Assembly: GCA_964640635.1 (NCBI GenBank)
Contig: CAZXFD010000002.1
Span: 26,153-90,152, forward strand
DNA length: 64,000 bases
Direction: 5' to 3'
From: an uncultured Gammaproteobacteria bacterium
GTDB taxonomy: Bacteria > Patescibacteriota > Patescibacteriia > UBA1558 > S5-K13
Shown: positions 8,579 through 19,700 of the stretch, in pieces
Position numbering within the stretch: position 1 is the stretch's first letter
Layout of the letters: the number at the start of each line of letters is the position of its first letter
Notes under the pieces: generated by a model
What the model was told of the DNA's origin: nothing
What the model saw: the letters and a program-made list of their open reading frames with translations, nothing else
Databases searched by the model: none
Program-made: the position numbers and the translations under genes

Positions 8579-9699
8579 AAATTACTTTCTAATTTTTTAT
8601 AAATACCTTCCCACAAAAAACTATTTACTATTCTTTTATATGCATTTTCTCCTAATTCATTTCTAAATATAGGGTCATTCAATAAATACAAAATAGCATT
8701 CATTGCCTCTTCTTGATTATTTTCATCTATCAAAATCCCTGTCTTTCCATCTACAACAGCTTCAGCTCCTCCGCCAACCCTTGAAGCAATGCATGCTTTT
8801 TTAAATATACCAGCTTCAAGGTACACTATTCCAAAACCCTCTACATCTTCTTTACTTGTGCGACTTATCATTGCAAAAATATCTGATATAGCATAAAAAT
8901 ATGGAAGGTCTTCATCAACGACATTATCTAAAAATAAAATATTCTTTTCTAAATTTAAATCTTTTGCTTTTTGTTGCAAATATTGTAAATTTTCTCCACA
9001 CCCTATTATTAAATAAACCAAATCTTCTATATCTTTGTGGCGTCTTATCAAATTAATTGCATCAATAATAAGTTCATGATTTTTTCTTTTTACAACTCTG
9101 CCTACAGATAAGATGATTTTTTTATTTTTCAAATTATATTTATTTATAAGATTTTCTTTTTTGATTTCATCAATACGAAAAAAATCTTGACTAATACCTG
9201 GATAAAGTAATACTATTTTTTTAATTCGACCGGATAACTGGGTGAATCTATTCACCAATTCTAATGTTGTTTGACTATTTACAGTAATAAACTCTGCGTT
9301 TTGTAAAATTATTTTTGTAAGCACTTTTTTTCTACTACTGCTAGATGCTAACTTTATATCTAATCCATGAAGTGATACAAAATATGGAACTCTAAAAAAT
9401 ATTTTTAGTAAAAATGCACAAAAACCCAGTGGCAAAATATTGCCCACCCAAACTATTTCTATTTTTTCTTTTTTTGCTGTTTTTATAAGCTCAAAAAAAG
9501 ATTTAAGCCATTTTGGCCAAATAAATCTATATAATAGTTTTTTATATATAATCTTAAAACCTACCCCTCCACTTGGTTTTATATTAGACAAAACAACTAT
9601 TTTGTCTTTTGGGAACAACCTTGCTAGATTATAATAATAATTGCTTACTCCGCCTATATTTGGCCAGAAATCTAGGCTAATGAGAAGAGTTTTCTTCAT
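8575..9699 (-). CDS. GT4 family glycosyltransferase (PimB-like)
   Basis: DFWPNIGGV, SVGRVVKRKNH, EGFGIVYLEAG. Confidence 0.9.
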   Translation of the reverse strand: MKKTLLISLDFWPNIGGVSNYYYNLARLFPKDKIVVLSNIKPSGGVGFKIIYKKLLYRFIWPKWLKSFFELIKTAKKEKIEIVWVGNILPLGFCAFLLKIFFRVPYFVSLHGLDIKLASSSSRKKVLTKIILQNAEFITVNSQTTLELVNRFTQLSGRIKKIVLLYPGISQDFFRIDEIKKENLINKYNLKNKKIILSVGRVVKRKNHELIIDAINLIRRHKDIEDLVYLIIGCGENLQYLQQKAKDLNLEKNILFLDNVVDEDLPYFYAISDIFAMISRTSKEDVEGFGIVYLEAGIFKKACIASRVGGGAEAVVDGKTGILIDENNQEEAMNAILYLLNDPIFRNELGENAYKRIVNSFLWEGIYKKLESNL

Positions 9700-9762
9700 T
9701 TGTATTAAAAAATTCTTTGTTAAAGACCTTTTTATTATATCATACCAAAAATCTTTCAGCTA

Positions 9763-9791
9763 TTGACAAATTATTTTTTTATTGTTAATAT
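9763..9791 (+). promoter_or_regulatory. Near-consensus sigma70 promoter with no substantial plus-strand ORF before the next terminator
   Basis: TTGACA 9763-9768, 17 bp spacer, TG-t-TAATAT 9783-9791. Confidence 0.75.
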
Positions 9792-9796
9792 GCATA

Positions 9797-10028
9797 TTAA
9801 TTAAGGTTCTTCCTCCTCCTTATTCTTAATTAGAGCCTAAATTAAAACAGGTCTTAGAACAAAAGGCCCAAAAGGCTGGGTATTGTCTATGACCGAGAGA
9901 AGCAACCAAGCTAAAATTTGCTGATATTGCGTTATTTTAATGCGATTAAAGCAATTTATGCTCAACCTCCTCCTTACTGCTTCGGCAACTTCTCGCGTGG
10001 GGTTCTAAATTAGAACCCCATTTTTTAT
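9797..10028 (+). ncRNA. Putative ~230-nt structured small RNA of unknown family
   Basis: Own promoter and terminator, GC-richer than flanks, several stems, two CCTCCTCCTTA copies (9812-9822, 9966-9976). Confidence 0.55.
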
Positions 10029-10030
10029 TT
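9998..10030 (+). terminator. Intrinsic terminator
   Basis: TGGGGTTCTA-aat-TAGAACCCCA followed by TTTTTTATTT. Confidence 0.85.
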
Positions 10031-10083
10031 GAAAAAATCTCGCGCATAAAGCGAGCTTTATACTTTTATGATATAATATATAT

Positions 10084-11103
10084 ATGCAAAAAGCTTTATT
10101 ATACAAGAAAATAAAAAGTGGCGCTGTCCAATGTAGATTGTGCAATCATTTTTGTAAAATAGAAAATGCTTGTCTTGGTTTTTGTTGTACAAGAAAAAAT
10201 ATAGATGGTGACTTATATGTTCTCAATTACAACAAATTAATAGCAAAAAATGTCGACCCTATTGAAAAAAAACCACTCTTTCATTACATGCCATCTTCTC
10301 TTACTTATTCAATAGCTTGTATGGGTTGTAATTTAGCATGTTCCAATTGTCAAAACTGGCAAATATCACAAATAAATAAAATTGAAAAGCTTGATGAAGA
10401 ATTTCCAGGGGAAAATATTGAACCGTGTGATATTATTAATCTTGCAAAAAAAGAAAATTGCCCAACAATAGCATACACTTACAGCGAACCAACCATTTTT
10501 TTAGAAACAGCACTACCCATAATGAAGCTTGCACATACCAGTGGCCTCAAAAATATATGGGTTTCAAATGGATTTATGAGTAAAGAATGTCTTGATCTTA
10601 TATGTCCATATTTAGATGCCATAAATATAGATCTCAAATTTTTTAGTGAAGCAAAATACAAAAAAATAACAAACGCATCTTTGAAGCCAATACTAGATAA
10701 TCTAAAATATTTAAAATCAAAAAAAATATTTATAGAAATAACAACACTTCTTATTCCTGGAGAGACAAATACAAACAAACAATTGGAAAAAATAGCAAAA
10801 TTCATATACACAAATATTGGAAAAAATACCCCTTGGCACATATCCGCCTTTTCTCCAGAAATATCATTCAAACTACTTTCTAAAAAATCTAGTTCCATGA
10901 AAGAATTAGAATCCGCTTACCAAATAGGAAAAAATGCCGGATTAGAATTTGTATATCTTGGAAATATAGCCTCTGATACAAGAGAAAATACATATTGTCC
11001 CGCATGTGGATTTTTAAATATAGAAAGACAAGGATACATTATAACACGAGATGACAATAGTGGGCTTTGTCAAAACTGTAAATATAATTTAAACATCATA
11101 TAA
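10084..11103 (+). CDS. amrS: AmmeMemoRadiSam system radical SAM enzyme
   Basis: C..C.H.C N-terminus, DPIEKKPLFH, GCNLACSNCQNWQISQ, YTYSEP, C-terminal CPAC/CQNC. Confidence 0.9.
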   Translation: MQKALLYKKIKSGAVQCRLCNHFCKIENACLGFCCTRKNIDGDLYVLNYNKLIAKNVDPIEKKPLFHYMPSSLTYSIACMGCNLACSNCQNWQISQINKIEKLDEEFPGENIEPCDIINLAKKENCPTIAYTYSEPTIFLETALPIMKLAHTSGLKNIWVSNGFMSKECLDLICPYLDAINIDLKFFSEAKYKKITNASLKPILDNLKYLKSKKIFIEITTLLIPGETNTNKQLEKIAKFIYTNIGKNTPWHISAFSPEISFKLLSKKSSSMKELESAYQIGKNAGLEFVYLGNIASDTRENTYCPACGFLNIERQGYIITRDDNSGLCQNCKYNLNII

Positions 11104-12530
11104 TGAAAAAAACGTTTATAATATCAATAGCAATTTTATCTATTTTTTTTGTAAAAAGTGCAAACTCGCAATGGTTTGATCCAGACTTTAATCCAAACTA
11201 TATTATATCCGACTTTGAACTTACGGATTATTCTTCCATGAGTATAAATGACATAAGATATTTCTTAAATCAAAATAATGGAATCCTAAAAAAATACACT
11301 GTTAAAAATCCGTCAAATGGGAAAACTATTGATGCTGCTGAAGTAATTTATAATGCATCAAAAGCATACAAAATAAACCCAAAATATATACTAGTATTAC
11401 TACAAAAAGAACAAAGTCTCATAACAGATCCAAGCCCAACACAAAAACAACTCGACTGGGCAACTGGATATGCTGTCTGTGATTCTTGTCTTATGACAGA
11501 TAATGAAATACAAAAATACAAAGGATTTTATAATCAAGTTACAAACGCTGCAAAAAGAAATAGATTTTATATAGACAACAAAAATACTCCTTGGTTTTTC
11601 CAAGCACAAAGCTATTACTCAATAGACGGACAAAGTGTTTCTCCTATAAACCAAGCTACAGCAAGTTTATATAATTATACCCCACATATAAATGGTAATT
11701 ATAATTTTTGGAAAATATGGCAAAAATGGTTTGCAAAAAAATACCCAAACGGATCCATAATCAAGGAAAATGGATCTCAAACAATCTGGCTTATAGAAGA
11801 TGATAAAAAAAGACCCTTTACAACATGGACATCTTTTATAAGTAGATACAAAAAAAACGATGTAATCAATGCAAATCATAGCGATCTTGCACAATATCCA
11901 ATAGGAATATCAATAAATTTTGAAAATTATTCATATCTTAGAACGCCCGATAAAAAAATTTACATGCTCGATAATGACAAGCTTCGAGAATTTGAATCAA
12001 GTGAAGTAAGTCGTTACTTTGGGATAAATCCTGAGGAGTTAATAGACATAACCTGGGAAGATTTCTATTATTATAGTCTTGGTGATAAAATTACTATGAA
12101 AAGCACGTATCCTAGCGGAGCCGTTATAGAAAATAAAGATGACAAAAAATTATATTATGTTAAAAATGGTTATAAGCACGAAATACAAGACAAAAGAATA
12201 TTAGAAACAAACTTCTCAAATCAATTCAAGTTAATATTAAGTAAAGATGAGGTAAATAATCTAGAAAATGCAGAACCCATAAAATTCAAAGACGGAACAC
12301 TAATCAAATCAAATATGGGTAATATAGTATTTATGGTCTCTGAAGGAAAAATCAAACCCATTAAAAACGAAAATAGTTTCAATGGACTTGGATATAAATG
12401 GACAAATATAATATCAGTTAGTGATAATCTATTAAAACAATATGAAGTCGGAGAAACAATAGAAATAAAAATAGAAGAGATAAAACCAGAAGATTTACTT
12501 CCTGAGACTAAAACAGAAAAACCATTATGA
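11103..12530 (+). CDS. Secreted protein with lysozyme-like N-terminal domain and C-terminal beta repeats
   Basis: Signal peptide; INPKYILVLLQKEQSL...GYAVCD...NQATASLYNYTPH; four repeats of G.LIK....IY.I..GKKR type. Confidence 0.55.
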   Translation: MKKTFIISIAILSIFFVKSANSQWFDPDFNPNYIISDFELTDYSSMSINDIRYFLNQNNGILKKYTVKNPSNGKTIDAAEVIYNASKAYKINPKYILVLLQKEQSLITDPSPTQKQLDWATGYAVCDSCLMTDNEIQKYKGFYNQVTNAAKRNRFYIDNKNTPWFFQAQSYYSIDGQSVSPINQATASLYNYTPHINGNYNFWKIWQKWFAKKYPNGSIIKENGSQTIWLIEDDKKRPFTTWTSFISRYKKNDVINANHSDLAQYPIGISINFENYSYLRTPDKKIYMLDNDKLREFESSEVSRYFGINPEELIDITWEDFYYYSLGDKITMKSTYPSGAVIENKDDKKLYYVKNGYKHEIQDKRILETNFSNQFKLILSKDEVNNLENAEPIKFKDGTLIKSNMGNIVFMVSEGKIKPIKNENSFNGLGYKWTNIISVSDNLLKQYEVGETIEIKIEEIKPEDLLPETKTEKPL

Positions 12531-13336
12531 CAAAAATTAAAACAATATTAATACCACATAACCCACTTGTTATTTCAAAAATTGGAGGTAAGTATTCCGA
12601 CACATTGAAATCCTCTATGGATGCAATGAAAAAAATTAGACAATCCATATATGAATTCAAACCAAAAAAAATAATTATAATAACTCCCCCAATAAAAGAT
12701 TTACAAAAAATATCAATACACCAAAAAGAAAAATATCATATTAATCTTAAAGATTTTGGTGATTTATCTATGGAGTTTGAAGTAAGTGGAGATATGGATT
12801 ATTCCACAAGACTAAAATATTTCTTAAGAAAAAATAATTTTGATGTCAATATGTTCTCTGGTGAAAAAACATATTATCAAAGCTTTGTACCATTGTATTA
12901 CTTGAATCAATTTCATATATCCTCAAAAGGCTTTGAAAATGAACTCAAAAAAGATGAAACTCTCAAGTCTGAATTTATAATAATCCACAGTTCAAATGAC
13001 ACAATAGATTATCATCTAAAATTTGGCAATTTGCTTTATGAATTCTTAAGAGACACAAAAGACAATATTTTAATTATAGCTTGCGGTGATTTCGCAAAAA
13101 AATCAGCACACGAGGAAAATGAAGATCTACCCAAATTAAGCTACAAACTTATAGACCTCATAAAATCAAAAAGCTTTGATGAAATCCTAAACATGAAAGA
13201 AGAATTAAAAAATGGCTATCCGTGGATAAAACCATTTGCTTCTATACTTCATTTTATAAACAAAAGCAAACGAAAACCCGTTATTTTATCTCTAGACAAA
13301 GAATTTCAAGAAATGTATATAACTATAGAGTTTTAA
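12527..13336 (+). CDS. Memo/LigB-fold (AmmeMemoRadiSam protein B-like) protein, degenerate
   Basis: IPHNPLVISKIG, IIITP, LKDFGD, VPLYYL, IIACGD. Confidence 0.6.
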   Translation: MTKIKTILIPHNPLVISKIGGKYSDTLKSSMDAMKKIRQSIYEFKPKKIIIITPPIKDLQKISIHQKEKYHINLKDFGDLSMEFEVSGDMDYSTRLKYFLRKNNFDVNMFSGEKTYYQSFVPLYYLNQFHISSKGFENELKKDETLKSEFIIIHSSNDTIDYHLKFGNLLYEFLRDTKDNILIIACGDFAKKSAHEENEDLPKLSYKLIDLIKSKSFDEILNMKEELKNGYPWIKPFASILHFINKSKRKPVILSLDKEFQEMYITIEF

Positions 13337-14156
13337 GTTTTTTTGAAGAAGGGCAATTAGGAGGAAAAACTTTTCCTCTATTTTTTTTGATATAATAAAG
13401 CCAGCTTTTTATATGCGCTCTTGTAAGCTTATTAAACAAAATTGAAAACAATACATTTGTTTTGTTTTTTGAAGCTTGTTGATGCAAATGAATAGCGCAA
13501 ACACCACCCAAATAATACACCGAATATCCAGATTCCCACATTCTTCTGCAAACATCTATATCCTCTAAATACAAAAATATTCCTTCATCAAAATAATTGA
13601 TGTTTTCATAATTCTTTTTTCTTGTCATATAGCATGATCCCATGACCCAATCCACTTCTTGAATAGACTCATGATTTACATCTCTCATCAAAAAATTATC
13701 TAACCATTTTTTGCCTACATTTGTTTTTGATAAAATAGTTCTTCTAAATAAAGGGTAAAAAATATTTGGAAATCTAAAACATGTTTCTTGAAGTGTAGAA
13801 TCTCCATTCGTAAGTCGCGGAGCAACAATCCCGACCTTATCATGATTTTTCAAAAAATTATACATATACTCAATAGTCTCTTTTGATATCCTAATATCTG
13901 GATTTAAAATCAAAATATACTCACCCTTGGCTTGTTTTATGGCTACATTATTACCAGCACCACAACCCTTATTTACTCCTGTTTGAATAAATTTCACCCC
14001 TTCAAACTCCTTCATTACGATGTCTATATTGTCATGGGAGTTATTATCTACAACAATAATTTCTACATCAAAATAAAAGCTATAAGTAACCAATTTTCTT
14101 AATTGATACTTTATCAGATTTGCTAACTTGTAATTTAATATTATGATTGACAACAT
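13323..14156 (-). CDS. GT2 family glycosyltransferase (likely start ATG 14156)
   Basis: IIVVDNNS, ILNPD, DWVMGS, FLYLEDIDVC. Confidence 0.9.
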   Translation of the reverse strand: MLSIIILNYKLANLIKYQLRKLVTYSFYFDVEIIVVDNNSHDNIDIVMKEFEGVKFIQTGVNKGCGAGNNVAIKQAKGEYILILNPDIRISKETIEYMYNFLKNHDKVGIVAPRLTNGDSTLQETCFRFPNIFYPLFRRTILSKTNVGKKWLDNFLMRDVNHESIQEVDWVMGSCYMTRKKNYENINYFDEGIFLYLEDIDVCRRMWESGYSVYYLGGVCAIHLHQQASKNKTNVLFSILFNKLTRAHIKSWLYYIKKNRGKVFPPNCPSSKKLKTL

Positions 14157-14230
14157 ATATTTAATGAAGAAGTACAAAGTTATCAAGTAAGAATTTTATT
14201 CCTTAAAACTTTATACTTTAAACTTTTTAC

Positions 14231-15247
14231 TTATTTATACCATTTATAAAGCTCTCTGCTTCTAATCTTCACGATATTTTTGAAAATAAACTTTCTTTTT
14301 TTAAACATTTTTTTATATTTATCATGACTTTTCCAAAAAAATTTTAGCGTGCTTCTTTCAAAAAGCAATACATAAATAAACTTTTTAAACTCATAGATAA
14401 ACAATGGGAAAAAACATCTAATAAAATTCATTGTAGACTCATTTTTAATAAGCAAATAAATATGATTTCTATAAGAATACTCATTTACCCAAGATGACTT
14501 GTTTTTTCTATTCTCTACCACACTCAAACCCCCACGAACAGATCTATCATGATAACAAATCATATCTGCTAAAAAATAGCTCTTGAATCCTGCTAAACGC
14601 AATCTAAATGCCAAATCAACATCTTCTTTATAGCTAAAAAAATCTTCATCAAAATATTCATTATTAATCTTAACATCTTCTAGTGCTTTTTTTGCATATA
14701 TGGGGCAAGCACCACATGGACCAAATATTTCTCTAGTTCTTGAAAATTCAACAGAATCCTCTTTCAATTGACCAAAATCTACAACCTTATGATTCTTAAA
14801 AACTTCAAAGCCACATGTATCTATAATATTTGTTTTTCCTTGCTTATCTGCATTGTATGGATCTTCATTATTGAACTTCCACTGATATAGTTTTGGCTCT
14901 ATTGATCCAATAGAATCCTTATCTTCTTGATTATCTATGAAATAAAATAGATTATCTAAAAAATCAGACTCAATAATCATATCTTGATTGAGGCACATTA
15001 TATAATCCGACTTTGCCCAATTCATTAATCTATTATGGGCTTTTGCAAAGCCAATATTTTCTTTATTTATAATTACTTTAAATTGAGGAAAATATTTATT
15101 TATCACAGCTACCGTATTATCATTTGAGCCATTATCCATTATGTTGAGCTCAAAATCTTTAAAATTTTGCTTTAAAACAGAATTAATACAGTGTTTAATG
15201 TATTTTTCTCCGTTCCATGTAACTAAATTTATACTTATTCTAGACAT
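14231..15247 (-). CDS. GT2 family glycosyltransferase
   Basis: VTWNG, MDNGSND, LNQD, FFSYKEDVDLAFR. Confidence 0.9.
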   Translation of the reverse strand: MSRISINLVTWNGEKYIKHCINSVLKQNFKDFELNIMDNGSNDNTVAVINKYFPQFKVIINKENIGFAKAHNRLMNWAKSDYIMCLNQDMIIESDFLDNLFYFIDNQEDKDSIGSIEPKLYQWKFNNEDPYNADKQGKTNIIDTCGFEVFKNHKVVDFGQLKEDSVEFSRTREIFGPCGACPIYAKKALEDVKINNEYFDEDFFSYKEDVDLAFRLRLAGFKSYFLADMICYHDRSVRGGLSVVENRKNKSSWVNEYSYRNHIYLLIKNESTMNFIRCFFPLFIYEFKKFIYVLLFERSTLKFFWKSHDKYKKMFKKRKFIFKNIVKIRSRELYKWYK

Positions 15248-15251
15248 TATT

Positions 15252-16724
15252 TTAGCTTGCAGCTGTCAGCTCTCGACCTTCAGCTAATTCGATTATACAA
15301 ATTATTAAAATCACAAAACCAATTCCTAGTGGATGATCTAAGTAAGGTGAAAAAATGTGAACCGCCAAAACGGCTAAAAAAGAAAGTAATAATGAAATAA
15401 AAATTACATTATTAGTCCTTATCAATCTAACAGAATCTCGCATTATTTTCAAGCTCAGAGAAATATAAAATATAAGCCCAAAAATACCCATTTTAAGCCA
15501 AAAGCTAAGCCATCCCCATTCAAAACTATATGTTGTTGTAAGTCCTGTTGGGTTGAAAACATTTTTATTTCTTGGGTCAAGGGAATAATAACTAATTTCA
15601 TGACCCATGCCGTATCCAATTATTGGAGAATTTTTTATATCCCTTAGCATGGGGTGCAATAATTCCATTCTTGAGTTACTACTAGAGTCTCCTTCACTTA
15701 CACGACCAGAGAGCATATCTGCAAAATTAATATGAGTATTTGGAATTTTCAGTAATATAAAAATTAATAATATTGAAAGAACAATAACCCCAAACAATTT
15801 TATATAATTTAAAAAAATTATTTTTATCTTTTGTTTTTGAAAAACTAGAATAAAAAATAAAAAAATAAATGCAATCACGACTCCAAGCCAATAACTACGA
15901 GAAAAACTAACAATAATTGCTGACAAATTTAATATCGATAAAGTATAAAAAAATATTTTATCTTTCTTTTGTAATTTAGAGGTCATTAAAACGACTGAAC
16001 TAATTACAAATGAAATCATTAAATATATTTGACTCTGAAAAAATATTCTATAAAAATGTTCATTCATCTTTGTAATCTCCCCCACCCTTGTATCTCTAAG
16101 CCATTTGTACAAAGTTGTATAGTCTATAAAACTAAATTGTTGAGAGAATAAATAAAATACAATAATTGTCTTTAGTGAAAAGAAAAGTGATGCGGAAAGA
16201 AATATATAAAACAAATTTGCGAAAACTTTCTTATCTTTTATAATTTGATAATAAATTGGCAGTATCAAAAAGAATAAAAAGTTATTAATATCAAAAAATA
16301 TGTTTGAGGGTTTTGTTTTGTTAAGCAGTGCTATTAAAACACCAAATACTAAAACTAAAATATAAACAACATAAAACCATATATACTTACTTTTTATAAA
16401 GTCTAACTTATTTTTTTTATATAAATAAATAAGTCCGGCTATAAAGGCAATTATAAAAATAAGCATTCTAAGAGACAATGAAAAACCAAACATATCAACA
16501 CTTATCAATCGTCCCTGAGATCCCACAAAAAGCTCTATAAAGCTTAAATATACCGCCCATTTAATATCTCTCGCTATTAAATATATAATACTTAATGCAA
16601 TTAATATAAAAGCAATAATTCCAAAAACATAAAATTGATGCGCAAAGAAAAATACTGAGTCCATTATTATAAGACCCAGAAATGTGATACGGAAATAATT
16701 GTTTTTTAAAATGTTAAAACTCAT
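15252..16724 (-). CDS. O-antigen ligase-like polytopic membrane protein (possible oligosaccharyltransferase/polymerase)
   Basis: Many TM segments, SFSRSYWLG, SR...PIIGYGMG, LKMGIFGL. Confidence 0.75.
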   Translation of the reverse strand: MSFNILKNNYFRITFLGLIIMDSVFFFAHQFYVFGIIAFILIALSIIYLIARDIKWAVYLSFIELFVGSQGRLISVDMFGFSLSLRMLIFIIAFIAGLIYLYKKNKLDFIKSKYIWFYVVYILVLVFGVLIALLNKTKPSNIFFDINNFLFFLILPIYYQIIKDKKVFANLFYIFLSASLFFSLKTIIVFYLFSQQFSFIDYTTLYKWLRDTRVGEITKMNEHFYRIFFQSQIYLMISFVISSVVLMTSKLQKKDKIFFYTLSILNLSAIIVSFSRSYWLGVVIAFIFLFFILVFQKQKIKIIFLNYIKLFGVIVLSILLIFILLKIPNTHINFADMLSGRVSEGDSSSNSRMELLHPMLRDIKNSPIIGYGMGHEISYYSLDPRNKNVFNPTGLTTTYSFEWGWLSFWLKMGIFGLIFYISLSLKIMRDSVRLIRTNNVIFISLLLSFLAVLAVHIFSPYLDHPLGIGFVILIICIIELAEGRELTAAS

Positions 16725-16727
16725 TTA

Positions 16728-19700
16728 TTATTTACTTCCCCTTATTATAACTTCATGCATTGTATCATTTCCCACCATATAGGTATTTGTCTCTTTTGCT
16801 TCAAACTTGACCCCTGTATCTTTACTTAGTTTTTCAAGTTGTTTCATAATTATCTGATATGATGTTTGCTCTCTAAATTGAGCAAATATAGGAATTATAT
16901 TATCTTTTTCAATATAATTTACCTTGTATGCTTCTACAAAAGCTAATATTAATGATCCTCCCGCTCTAGAATTTCCATCTGAAGCAAGATCTGATACATA
17001 TACAATATTTTCCGAATCCTTATCGTCTTTGTCCATTTTACCTTCATAAGCAAGAATATAGCCGTGCATTTTTTTGTCTTCTCCGGTATATTTAAAACTC
17101 ATCTCTGGTCTATTTTTTATCATATTATTAACATCTTTTGCAATGAGGGCATTTTCCATATTATGCAAATATTGAATCAATTTTTGATTATCTTTATATG
17201 CCTTTCCCTCAATATACGCAACCTTTATTGAATCTTGAAATGTAAGACTACTAATACCCCTTGGTAACTTCAATTCTAATCTTTTTAAATTTATTTTTTT
17301 CTTTTCTTGCATACCAGTAACTCTTGATAAAATAATCCCTTCTTTTTCCTCCTTAGATATATCTAACAACATTGATTCACCAAAATTTACATTATCACTA
17401 TAACCAACCGGAGCCTCTGGTACGGTTGTGTTTGCTATTCTATCAAGAGATATATTTGCATCAGTATACCCAAGACCTACTAATACCTTATTTTCATCTA
17501 AATTATATTTTTTTGCGAATCTTCTTATATATTCTTTAAAAAAATTAGCGTATAGAATTTTTAATACCTCTGTATTATTTCTTTGTGATTTAAAATTAGG
17601 TGCAACCTCTATATTATCGCATGTAATTATGCTCTGTTTATCTATTAAAACATCGTCGCTTACAATATCATGCATATGGGCCTCGAATTTATTTAGTTGG
17701 GCCACTACTTCTAATATATTTTTTTCTATATCAATATTTTTTGTAAGGACACTTTGAGCAATAGTTCTCCAATTTTTTTGTTTATTATTATCGCTAGATT
17801 CGGTCAATCTTTGAATAGTAAATAAAGAACATATGGGATTGAATGTGTATACATTACTTTTTCCGCTTCCAAATGGCATACAACAAGAAGTATCATTTCC
17901 AGCAACCACTCCATTAGGGTCTGATTTTAAATTTATTTTTGCACGATACTCTTCAATTATTCTATCATCTTCAAGTCCACTGTTCTGATTATATATTATA
18001 TTTAATATCTGATCCTTAATACTTTCTAATACCTGGGCTTTGTCTTCTTCTATTTTTCCAGACTGAAGATAAGGAACAATATTAATTTTGTTTTCTTTAA
18101 AAATCTTTTGTAGTTCAGAAAATAATTTATCCGGATTTTTTGCTTCCCCTAGCACACCCTCTCTTCTTTTTCCGATTGCTTTTAATATTAATTCGTTTAA
18201 TTCCAAGCTTCCGTATTTACCGCTAGATATCATTAATTTATAATCTATTTCTAAAGGTTCAAATACTTGTAAATTATCATAATCCCCCTCCACAAGAGCA
18301 TCTCTTAAATCATCCGAGGATAAATCTAGGTGTGAAATTACTATATAATTTGATGGCTTTTTTCTATCATGAACCTCTCTTGGTGTATGACTATCTGATA
18401 ACTGCAAAAATCTTCCTGAATTTTTCCAAAACTCCATCACTTTTTGCATTTCAATATTAGGATGAAACGCGAGTTTTTCAATATAATTATATAAATTTAT
18501 TTTTCCAATACTCTTCAACTCTTTTAGCTGATCCAATATTTCTTTTCTATTTAAAATTTGACATAAATCATTATATTTCCTAAGCATTTTCCAAGAAGAA
18601 AATACATCTCCAACGCTTCGTATTTCTTTTAGTAATTTATCTAGAGTTGGCAAACCGTATTCTTTTGCTTGAGACAATGTTTCTTCTAAATTGGAATTAA
18701 TATTGCGAGAAATGCTATTTAATACATGATATGAGCTACCAATTTCATAAACAGCTGTATCATCTTTTATTTGTTTTAATATATTATTATAAAATTCATT
18801 TGCAGATAATCCAGAAACATTGTATAAGTCTATTATTTTCAAAAAATTATGAAGAGCATCATGCTTAGAAATATTGGGCCTTTCAATATAATTGAACATT
18901 TTAGAATAACCAAATATCTTAGCCCCTGTTTCAAAAGGAATTAATATATTTTGTTCATCTATCCAGTTTTCATGTTTTCTTTTCAGTTTGTCAAATATAT
19001 ATTGACTTTTCACCTCACTTCCCATTGTTCTTATCTTATCTAAATCATCTTTAATGAAATAGAGCTCCGATGGTAATAAATTTAAATTCTTTGCATCATC
19101 AAATATGTAATCGCAATCTTTTGAAAAAAATCCATGTCCATTATCAATGCTCTTAAAATAAGATTTTTCAATGCAATAATCTAAATCACCCTTAGATAAA
19201 ACCACATTAAACTCTTCTTTAATTTTTGAGGCTTTATCTATATATAGCAACAAACACCTTATCATACCCTCTTTAGCAGCCTCAATGACAAGCTCTTCTG
19301 ATACATTAAATTTATCTTTTATTAAAATACCTGCATCAAAGTTTCCCTCAGAAAATCTATTTACCATTCCTTCTTTTGCATATTGTTGTATTTTTGAAGA
19401 TGCAATCATTTCATCGCTAATATTATATTTCTCTATTATACTTATTGCATTATAAATCATTCTCGAAGCTACGGAGATTTTCGATATCGCTTGAACTACA
19501 GCATCCAAAATAGTTTCTTCATTTAGATGAAACGTGTCTATTATTTCCTGTACAAAATCACGCCTTAAATCATTCGATAGAGCCCACGCAATTACTTCTT
19601 TTGCGGCATCCGAAACAATTTCTTCATTTACATGAAACCTATTAATTAGCTCTATAGTCTCCTTTATTCCCTTTGTCCGAAGTAAATCTATTACTATTGG

